A stretch of 64,000 nucleotides of DNA. Origin: an uncultured Rhodospirillales bacterium (GTDB lineage: Bacteria; Pseudomonadota; Alphaproteobacteria; Rhodospirillales; Casp-alpha2). The stretch lies in NCBI GenBank assembly GCA_965602485.1, contig CBFCYM010000003.1:10205-74204 (forward strand), in the 5' to 3' direction. The position numbers and the translations under genes were made by a program. Below the pieces are notes generated by a model that was given only the letters and a program-made list of their open reading frames with translations, had not been told where the DNA came from and did no database searches. Positions 55,380 to 64,000 of this stretch are shown piece by piece; positions within the stretch are counted from its first letter, which is position 1; the number at the start of each line of letters is the position of its first letter.

Positions 55380-56759
55380 TTATGCCGGGGCGCTCATCTC
55401 ACCATTTGTGGGTAATAATATACTCATCGTTGTGCCTTGATCCGGCACACTGCTTACCTGAAACGTTCCGCCGTGCAATTCCGTCAGGGATTTTACCAGT
55501 GGCATGCCAAGCCCGGTGCCATCATATCGACGGGTAAATACATTGTCGACTTGCCGGAAGTTTTCCATGGCTACAGTTATATCCGCATCAGACATGCCGA
55601 TACCACAATCGGTAATATCGATTTTGTGGCAAGCATTATCCGTCATGGATGCCGAGATGGATATTGGGCTTCCTGTCGGGGAAAATTTGACAGCATTGGA
55701 GAGCAGGTTAAGTAATATTTGGGTAACGACCCTGCCGTCGGCCTGGACAGGTGGCAAATCATGCGGAACGCGAAGGGTGAAATCTTCTCTACGATCGGGA
55801 TAGCTGATCACTATGAGCTCAATGCACTTTGAAATATTTTGATGTAGATAGACCGCTTCAGAAATCAATTCGAAGCGGTTGGCTTCGAGTTTTGACAGAT
55901 CGAGAATATCATTGATGATACTCAACAGGTGCTTGCCGCTATTGTAAATATCGGCAGCGTAACCTTTATAAATCGGGTGTTTGAGCGTGCCCAAATATTC
56001 GTTATGAATAACGTCTGAAAATCCAATGATTGCGTTGAGCGGGGTACGCAGTTCATGACTCATGCTCGCCAGAAATTCTGATTTTGCCATGTTTGCTTGC
56101 TTGGCTTCTTCCAATGCCATGTCTCGTGCAAGGGCCGTTTTCCTCTGACGGCGGATTACGACTGCCAAGATAGCAAGAACAGCGAGGATGCTGAGTGTAA
56201 GGCCAATAAGCAGGTAAAGGGTTTGATGCAGCCACGCGTTTGTTTCGATCCGCTCGTTTGTTAAATACAGTGTTCGTGTGTTGTTAAATGCCAGTGTCGC
56301 TTGATGAAGCGGTATAATCTGATCATTAAATGTATTTGACAAGGCATGCGATCGTTCATGCCCAAGCACCACACCATTAAAAATATCAGCTTCAACACCT
56401 TTAAGTTTTTCCAGCAGGTTTACAAAAGATTGCCTGGCAGTTGGTGTTTGGTCCAGAATTCTACCGGCTTGACCAGATGTCGCGATTTCAAGGCGGCTCC
56501 ACAGAATATCGTAGCGCTGGCGAACGTCTGCTGTACTCGAAACCGTGCGGTCGTGCTCATTAACGTGGAGTGCGATGATGAATTTCTGCAGTTCGAATTC
56601 ACTTTGGGCTATCGCATAATCCACATTATCTTCAGCGTTCTTACGATAGGCTTCGTTATGGCCCCACATCTGCATGACGGCGTAGCTCACAAACCCGGTG
56701 AGCAACATGATCGTAATCAGCAGCAGGGCAACAATATACTGCCGTGTATGGCGAATCAT
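55380..56759 (-). CDS. Membrane sensor histidine kinase (periplasmic sensor - HisKA - HATPase_c)
   Basis: 459 aa with two TM segments flanking a helical periplasmic region of about 160 aa. The H-box is SHELRTPLNAIIGFS, and the N/G boxes are LLNLLSNAVKF and GTGLGMPLV. The start overlaps the stop of the upstream small periplasmic gene (ATGA). No response regulator is adjacent. Confidence 0.9.
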   Translation of the reverse strand: MIRHTRQYIVALLLITIMLLTGFVSYAVMQMWGHNEAYRKNAEDNVDYAIAQSEFELQKFIIALHVNEHDRTVSSTADVRQRYDILWSRLEIATSGQAGRILDQTPTARQSFVNLLEKLKGVEADIFNGVVLGHERSHALSNTFNDQIIPLHQATLAFNNTRTLYLTNERIETNAWLHQTLYLLIGLTLSILAVLAILAVVIRRQRKTALARDMALEEAKQANMAKSEFLASMSHELRTPLNAIIGFSDVIHNEYLGTLKHPIYKGYAADIYNSGKHLLSIINDILDLSKLEANRFELISEAVYLHQNISKCIELIVISYPDRREDFTLRVPHDLPPVQADGRVVTQILLNLLSNAVKFSPTGSPISISASMTDNACHKIDITDCGIGMSDADITVAMENFRQVDNVFTRRYDGTGLGMPLVKSLTELHGGTFQVSSVPDQGTTMSILLPTNGEMSAPA

Positions 56760-57313
56760 TTTATGGTGATTTCTTTGAGTTGCCAGATGCTGCGTGCATA
56801 GTAGAGTTCGTTCTGTAGGGATGGGTTATCGCCCCAAGGATAGATTACCCACAATGGTCCCTTGTCGCGTACGCGCATGTGCTGCCCGTTTAGTTTTGTG
56901 GCAATAATGACACCTAGATCGCGCATGTCCGAAAGCGGCAATTCGACCACGTAATCATTAATGGCCGTGGCAGAGACAGTTGTTCCGCTGGCTCCGATAT
57001 ATTCCAGAAGCAATTTGGCTGATACACCTTCAAAGGTTTGCACGCCATCGGTCCATGGGGTCTCGGATTTGATGAGCGTGGTGCCCAGGCTTTCCAGCAT
57101 GGTGATATCAAATTGCGCCTGCCCGGCTGCGTTTGTATTGGTGATGTTCCCATCAATGCTCAAAATCACGTCACCGTCGGGGGCGGGCAGGTCATCAGCC
57201 AAAGCCCGTGGGACAAGCGCAAGTGAAAGCAACATAAATACAGCGACCGATATGGCGGTATTTATAATATGTCTTGCAGAGACTTGAACGGAAATGCATT
57301 CGGTATTTTTCAT
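56756..57313 (-). CDS. Small periplasmic protein with a sulfite-oxidase-type molybdopterin-binding-like domain
   Basis: 185 aa with a signal peptide ending in ALA. The C-terminal ATKLNGQHMRVRDKGPLWVIYPW...SIWQLKEITI resembles the LNGxPL...GxPxRLVxP...VKWLxxIxV module of the Oxidored_molyb fold. It is too short to be a full enzyme. Confidence 0.5.
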   Translation of the reverse strand: MKNTECISVQVSARHIINTAISVAVFMLLSLALVPRALADDLPAPDGDVILSIDGNITNTNAAGQAQFDITMLESLGTTLIKSETPWTDGVQTFEGVSAKLLLEYIGASGTTVSATAINDYVVELPLSDMRDLGVIIATKLNGQHMRVRDKGPLWVIYPWGDNPSLQNELYYARSIWQLKEITIK

Positions 57314-57508
57314 GGGGATCCTTGTGGTGCGTTTTAGTTAATCTATTTTGAGCAATCGCACTTTTTGATGATTAAAACGATTTAATATACGCTTGGTATC
57401 ATTAGTAGCTGACAATAAAATTACTTCTAAAAGTATATATAGGGCATATGTGCTGTGCTATGCTGTGATCATCGTCATAGTGATTGTTCGCCATATGCGT
57501 GCATGGCG

Positions 57509-58291
57509 CTAGATAGTTTTATGGGCGACGCTCTTGGCTGGCGATATCAGTTCTGGTTTATCCAGAAGTCGGTTGCAGAGCATATCCAGATCGTTGTCGT
57601 TGTTCGTGACGAGTGATGCGCACAGGTTAACGCCGCGTGGTGGTCGTTCGTTGTTTGCGTGCAACAGCTCGAGAGCCGCTCCGCCGCCTGCAAACAGATC
57701 AACCAGAACCAATGGGCTTGCCATGGCAATGTCATCAAGCAGTGGTAGCCCCATCATATTGTGTATGGCGCTGAGGAATTTTGGACCAATCAGTTGGGGT
57801 GCCATGCCGTTGCCTACGCCCGGTTCAACCTGTGACATGATATTGCTACAGGCATAACGGTAGAATTCCAGAAAAGCATTGTCGCGGCAGAACACGCAAA
57901 ATGCATTGTGAACGTTGCGATATAGCCGCAAGGCATCCTTTTTGTCGTGCTGTACCCAAAGTTCGCGGCCAAAAGCAAAGCCGCTGGTTAGCGTGATATC
58001 AAAGGGCGACGGGTCGAAGATCAGAACATCGGCATCAAGCCAGATGGCACGTTCATAATCGCCTTCAAGCGCCTCGGTAATCAGGTGCAGACGCCCAAGA
58101 TCGGCTGCGATCTGTGGATAGGCATGTGTTTTCTCGCGGAACCACGGCGGTACGCGCTCAAATATTTCATCGCCGTAGAAGCGATAGTCATAGCCCCGGA
58201 TATTGGCCCAGTCGTGTACGCTGCGCAGACACGTATCAATCCAGCGCGGCACCTCGGACGTCCTGTAGGATTGGATGACAAGGGTGCGCAT
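57509..58291 (-). CDS. Hypothetical protein, putative GT-A-fold glycosyltransferase (DxD)
   Basis: 260 aa. IAADLGRLHLITEALEGDYERAIWLDADVLIFDP resembles the ADxxRxxxL...GGxYxDxDxxxxxP segment of GT32/capsule-synthesis-type transferases. It starts 14 nt after the rsmB stop on the same strand. Confidence 0.4.
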   Translation of the reverse strand: MRTLVIQSYRTSEVPRWIDTCLRSVHDWANIRGYDYRFYGDEIFERVPPWFREKTHAYPQIAADLGRLHLITEALEGDYERAIWLDADVLIFDPSPFDITLTSGFAFGRELWVQHDKKDALRLYRNVHNAFCVFCRDNAFLEFYRYACSNIMSQVEPGVGNGMAPQLIGPKFLSAIHNMMGLPLLDDIAMASPLVLVDLFAGGGAALELLHANNERPPRGVNLCASLVTNNDNDLDMLCNRLLDKPELISPAKSVAHKTI

Positions 58292-58305
58292 GGGGCCAGA
58301 TTACC

Positions 58306-59631
58306 TTATGGGCGGCGCTCAAGGATGGCGCAGAAGAACCCGTCGGTGCGTGTCGTGGCCGGGCTGAGCCGCAGATATGGCCCCGCTGAGGGGCAGGTGC
58401 CACCGATGCTCTGTGCCCACACCGTGTTGACGTCAAGCACGTCAAAATCACCGCTATCGGACATAAACCATGCGACCTGCTGCTCGTTTTCCTCGGCCAG
58501 CAGCGAGCATGTGGCATAGATCAGGCGACCACCGGGGCGCACCATGGCGCTGGCACTGCTCAGGATCTGACGCTGGGTGGTGATGTAGTCTTCAACCTCC
58601 ATGGGTGTCAGACGCCATTTTGAACCGGGCTTGCGCCGCCATATGCCGCTGCCCGAGCACGGCACATCAAGCAGGACGCGGTCTGCCGTTTGTGCGTTTT
58701 GCGCAACCCATGGATCAAGCTCTGTGGACAGCACATGCTGGCGTACGCCATTTGCCCCGGCACGTTTGATGCGCAATTTCATGCGTTGCAGGCGTTGTGC
58801 AAATACATCACAGGCGGTTAATGAACCGTGCAGGTTCCCGTGTTTACTCATGCATGCGGCCAGTGCCAGCGTCTTGCCGCCTGCACCGGCGCAGAAATCA
58901 ACCACATTCATGCTGGGCTGTGCGTCACAGAGCAGGGCGAGAATTTGCGAGCCTTCGTCCTGAATTTCAACCAACCCGTCGTTATAGGCCGATGTGCCGC
59001 CAAGCCGTACATTACCACTGACGCGCAGGGCGATAGGCGACAGTGCCGTCGGCTCGCTGATGACCTGTTCGCGCCGCAGGGCCTCGCTGGCTTCTTCAAA
59101 CGTTGTCTTCGTGGTGTTGACCCGCAGGTCCATGGGGGCGGGCTGGTTCAGCGCGGTCATCTCAGAATTCAATGTATCGCCGAACTGTTCGCGCAGCGTA
59201 GCGTCCAGCCAGCCGGGATATTCCAGGGCCACCCAATCGGGCATTTCAGAGTGATGTGTGATGGGGCGTCCGGCCAGCGCATTGGCGAGGTCGAATTCTT
59301 CAGCGTTCAGGGATTCAGGGCAATGGCGCGAGCCGCTGAAGATGGCCTGAATTTCTTCCGGGCGTGCCTTGTCGTTGAGTGCCAGATCGGCAATGGCGCG
59401 CACGCGGGGCGTTACGGCATGGGGGTAACCGCAACGTTCAATCCACCAGCTTAACCGGGCGTAGCGTCGGATGATGCCGTAGACGCGTTCGCCGACCGCG
59501 CGGCGGTCTTTTGAACCAGCATAGCGGCGTCGGCGAAAGTACGTCTCGACGATACCGTCAGCCGTGCTTTCGCCGGTCTCGATTTCCTGACCGATTTCAA
59601 TTGCCGCGAGAATGCGTGCGCCGGGGGTCAT
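58306..59631 (-). CDS. rsmB: RsmB/NOP-family SAM-dependent RNA (cytosine-C5) methyltransferase
   Basis: 441 aa. The SAM motif is VVDFCAGAGGKTLAL, and the catalytic Cys motifs are DRVLLDVPCSGSGIWRRKP and LIYATCSL. Confidence 0.85.
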   Translation of the reverse strand: MTPGARILAAIEIGQEIETGESTADGIVETYFRRRRYAGSKDRRAVGERVYGIIRRYARLSWWIERCGYPHAVTPRVRAIADLALNDKARPEEIQAIFSGSRHCPESLNAEEFDLANALAGRPITHHSEMPDWVALEYPGWLDATLREQFGDTLNSEMTALNQPAPMDLRVNTTKTTFEEASEALRREQVISEPTALSPIALRVSGNVRLGGTSAYNDGLVEIQDEGSQILALLCDAQPSMNVVDFCAGAGGKTLALAACMSKHGNLHGSLTACDVFAQRLQRMKLRIKRAGANGVRQHVLSTELDPWVAQNAQTADRVLLDVPCSGSGIWRRKPGSKWRLTPMEVEDYITTQRQILSSASAMVRPGGRLIYATCSLLAEENEQQVAWFMSDSGDFDVLDVNTVWAQSIGGTCPSAGPYLRLSPATTRTDGFFCAILERRP

Positions 59632-59676
59632 GACAATAGTCCGAACAAGGTATGACGCACCGGGGCTGCCTGCCGC

Positions 59677-61206
<1,530 letters not shown>

Positions 61207-61297
61207 CTACAAAATCATGTATCAGAGCGAGTTGGCGGCACATCATACACATAGTCTGCGCGTTGCCAACACGCTTTCGTACACGCCTGAAAAGTCG

Positions 61298-62092
61298 CTA
61301 GTCCATGTCGGTTTGGGTGGGCTTTTGCCCCCGAAAACCGACTGCGACCACATACATTTCTGCTGAATCCGCACGGCTGGCGGGGGGCTTGGCGTGTTTG
61401 ACGACTTTGAATATTTTTTTCATACGTGCCAGCAACTGGTGTTCCGTGCCGCCTTGCAGAACCTTGGCGATGAACGCCCCGTCGGGTGCCAGAACCTCTT
61501 CGGCGAAATCCAGTGCGATTTCGCACAGGGACATGATCCGCATGTGATCGGTTGGGGTGTGGCCGGTCGCGGGTGCCGCCATGTCGCTGAGCACCACGTC
61601 AGCCGGTCCGTTCAGGGCGTCTTTCAGCAAATCGGGGGCTTCGGGCTCGAGAAAATCCTGTATCAGGATTGTCGCACCGGGCAGGGGCTCAAACTCGTTG
61701 ATGTCGAGCGCGACCACACGACCGCGCCTGGCATTTGAATTGCTGGGCGGAACATTGCCATCTTCGTCGGGAATGAGCGGTTTGACGCGTTCAATGGCGA
61801 CCTGGGTCCAGCCACCGGGCGCGGCACCGAGATCGACAACGCGCTTACCCGGTTTGAGCAGGCCGAACTGATCGTCGAGTTCGAGCAGCTTGAAAGCCGC
61901 GCGCGAGCGATAACCGCGCATACGGGCCTCTGCCACGTATGGATCGTTGAGCTGGCGTTGCAGCCAGCGGGTCGATGACCCTTTGCGACCCTTTGCGGTT
62001 TTAACGCGCTCGAACATGCTGCGGCCACTAAAATTGGTGGTGCCGGTTTTGCTCGTGCCGGGCTTCCCGCCTTTTGGTCCTTTGCGGCTCAT
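61298..62092 (-). CDS. rlmE: 23S rRNA (uridine2552-2'-O)-methyltransferase RlmE/FtsJ with a basic N-terminal extension
   Basis: Family strings are WLQRQLNDPYVAEARMRGYRSRAAFKLLELDDQF, VVDLGAAPGGWTQV and VVLSDMAP. The start overlaps the ppx-like stop (ATGA). Confidence 0.9.
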   Translation of the reverse strand: MSRKGPKGGKPGTSKTGTTNFSGRSMFERVKTAKGRKGSSTRWLQRQLNDPYVAEARMRGYRSRAAFKLLELDDQFGLLKPGKRVVDLGAAPGGWTQVAIERVKPLIPDEDGNVPPSNSNARRGRVVALDINEFEPLPGATILIQDFLEPEAPDLLKDALNGPADVVLSDMAAPATGHTPTDHMRIMSLCEIALDFAEEVLAPDGAFIAKVLQGGTEHQLLARMKKIFKVVKHAKPPASRADSAEMYVVAVGFRGQKPTQTDMD

Positions 62093-63213
62093 GATTGCAG
62101 GCTTTCGTTATCAGGTGTGTCAGGGGGCGTTTTGGTGAGCGGGTCGGGCTGGGCAATTGCACCATCCGACATCATGGCACGCATCAGCAGTCCTTCACGA
62201 ATGCCACGGTCAGCGACCCGTAAACGCCCGACGGGCCAGCGTCGGCAAATGGCCTCAAGAATGGCACAGCCCATGACCACAAGATCGGCACGTTCGGGAC
62301 CGATACATGGGTGGCTGGCACGAGAATCGCAAGTCATAGCGGCGAGTTTATGATTAAGCGTGCTGATGGACTCAAAATCGATCACCATGCCATCGACGCG
62401 GGAACGTTCATAGCGTCGCAGGCCCAGATGCAGTGCACCCAGTGTGGTTACCGTGCCTGACGTGCCAAGCATGGCAAGGTGCCCCGATGCCGCCATGGCA
62501 GAAATGCCGAAGGCGTCGTCAAAGCGTTCCAGCCACGGATCAATATATTCAAGGATGCGCTCATAGGGCTGTTCACCGTTAAGGTCTTCGCCGTAGCGCT
62601 CAGATAAGGTTACGACACCTTCAGGGATCGAATGATAGGCCGCCAGACGCGGCGGATGTGTGCCGGACTGGTCAATCCACATCAGTTCCGTGCTGCCACC
62701 ACCAATGTCAAATACCAGGCCATGGGGGACATCGGCATCCAGTAGCGGGCTGCACCCGTCAAAGGTCAGTTCTGCCTCGCGCTCGGCGGCGACTGTCTCC
62801 ATCACGATGCCGGTCTCTGCCAGCACTCGCTCCACAAACGCTTCGCCGTTGCTGGCACGCCGACAGGCCTCCGTGGCAATGGCGTGATAGCTCGTAACGT
62901 TGTTGCGCTGCATGACGCTAGCGCAGACGTGCAGGGCCTCTATGGTGCGATCCATGGCGGCTTGTGATAGTTTACCTGATGCCGAGAGGCCTTCGCCCAA
63001 ACGACCAATGCGCGAAAATGAGTCAATAACGCGGAAGCTGTCGCCTTCGGGAATGGCTACCAGCAGGCGGCAGTTGTTAGTGCCGAGGTCTATCGCACCA
63101 TAGGCCGCTGCCGGGTTGGCAGCAGAAACCATCGTCGGGCTGCCGGCGCGTCGTTGTTTTGTCGCCTGGGGCGCAGATTGTTCCGGCTTGACCATGAAGG
63201 TCGTATTCCACAT
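62089..63213 (-). CDS. Ppx/GppA-family phosphatase
   Basis: The family N-terminus is YGAIDLGTNNCRLLVA, followed by ATEACRRASNG and VFDIGGGSTEL. The start is uncertain: M1 at 63213, or the internal Met that gives MVSAANP. Confidence 0.85.
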   Translation of the reverse strand: MWNTTFMVKPEQSAPQATKQRRAGSPTMVSAANPAAAYGAIDLGTNNCRLLVAIPEGDSFRVIDSFSRIGRLGEGLSASGKLSQAAMDRTIEALHVCASVMQRNNVTSYHAIATEACRRASNGEAFVERVLAETGIVMETVAAEREAELTFDGCSPLLDADVPHGLVFDIGGGSTELMWIDQSGTHPPRLAAYHSIPEGVVTLSERYGEDLNGEQPYERILEYIDPWLERFDDAFGISAMAASGHLAMLGTSGTVTTLGALHLGLRRYERSRVDGMVIDFESISTLNHKLAAMTCDSRASHPCIGPERADLVVMGCAILEAICRRWPVGRLRVADRGIREGLLMRAMMSDGAIAQPDPLTKTPPDTPDNESLQS

Positions 63214-63351
63214 GTAAATGATTGCGTGTGATAGCGTAAACGCCGCACTGCGTACTTGGTGCTATTCTATAGCCCCGGCGATGTGGCTCAAGCCCCAAGC
63301 ACGCCATCAGATAGACTGGCTTGTATGCCAAGGCAATAGGTGGCCACACAT

Positions 63352-64000
63352 TCAGTCGCGCTGATCTTTATCCTCGAGCACATCAGAGATGGCGCTGATC
63401 AGCTTGGCGACCTGGATCGGCTTGGTCAGGTATTGGTCAAAACCGGCTTCTATGCCGCGCTCAATGTCATGCGGCGTGGCGGCTGCGCTGAGCGCCAAGA
63501 TAGGCAGATGAGCGGTTTCTTCCCATTCTTTCAGCCGTTTCATGGCTTCCAGACCGCTCATGCCCGGCAGGTTGATGTCGAGGATGATAATATCCGGCTT
63601 ATGTGTGCGTGCGAGCTCCAGCCCGAGTTCTGCATTGTGGGCCGAAATCATGACAAGGCCACCAATGTGGCCAATAATGGTTTCCATCAATTTCAGATTG
63701 GCCGGGTTGTCTTCGACATAAAGCAGCGTGCCGCGCATTTCGGATTTGTCGAGTGCGACACTCTCCCTGTCTTCAATGTTTTCTCTGGATTGACCGCTTT
63801 GATCGACCAGGGGCAACTCAATCCAGAATGTACTGCCTTCACCAACAGTGCTTTCCAGCCCAATTGCACCATTCATGAATTCTACCAGCTTCTTGGTTAC
63901 CGTCAGGCCAATGCCGGTGCCCTCGATTTCAGTGTGCTCGGCACCCAGGCGACTAAAGGGCTGAAACAGCTCGTCTTGTTTATCGGCTGGGATGCCCTTG
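63352..64000 (-). CDS. Hybrid sensor histidine kinase/response regulator (partial; the N-terminus lies outside the window)
   Basis: The reading frame continues upstream of ORF 63352..63876 to the window edge as KGIPADKQDELFQPFSRLGAEHTEIEGTGIGLTVTKKLVEFMNGAIGLESTVGEGSTFWIELP (HATPase_c G-boxes). A receiver domain follows: LLYVEDNPANLKLM ... PDIIILDINLPGMSG ... LSAAA ... YLTKP. Confidence 0.85.
   Translation of the reverse strand, partial: KGIPADKQDELFQPFSRLGAEHTEIEGTGIGLTVTKKLVEFMNGAIGLESTVGEGSTFWIELPLVDQSGQSRENIEDRESVALDKSEMRGTLLYVEDNPANLKLMETIIGHIGGLVMISAHNAELGLELARTHKPDIIILDINLPGMSGLEAMKRLKEWEETAHLPILALSAAATPHDIERGIEAGFDQYLTKPIQVAKLISAISDVLEDKDQRD

Overview
This 64-kb window has roughly 55-60% GC by eye and reads as chromosomal DNA of an alphaproteobacterium. 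The taxon guess rests on gene content (EipB/DUF1849, an Atm1-type ABC exporter, DUF983, a cysE-iscR-suf cluster and an RNase E with an acidic insert); a marine Rhodospirillales-like genome is a guess only.

Most of the window is tightly packed housekeeping genes:
- rne, amiC, mrcA and prfB (with its programmed +1 frameshift)
- glnE, a YhdP/AsmA-like giant protein, tyrS and anmK
- an 11-gene cysE-iscR-nifS-sufBCDS-sufU-sufT-sufA-fdx Fe-S cluster
- ribH behind an FMN riboswitch
- mnmA, guaA, guaB, rsmB, rlmE and ppx

I recognised no rRNA, tRNA, CRISPR array, transposase, integrase or obvious defence, toxin or phage module.

The parts that look accessory or unexplained are:
1. A LuxO-type sigma-54 response regulator with no luxU- or qrr-like neighbour.
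2. A visibly AT-rich islet at 26.6-27.9 kb. It holds a helically phased array of TGTAGACA/TGTCTACA 8-mers upstream of a secreted MORN-repeat protein whose gene contains near-identical 69-bp tandem repeats.
3. Two orphan sensor kinases, each directly preceded on its own strand by a periplasmic accessory protein (a PhnD-like lipoprotein and a small sulfite-oxidase-fold domain protein).
4. A gamma-glutamyltransferase homolog that appears to lack the catalytic threonine.
5. A sulfotransferase-motif protein.
6. A small AT-rich patch with a Rap1a/Tai4-like putative orphan immunity gene and two tiny genes.

I did not find a convincing complete novel multi-gene system; the repeat array is the most unexplained signal. 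All family calls come from motif recognition in the translated ORFs and from memory. No searches were run.
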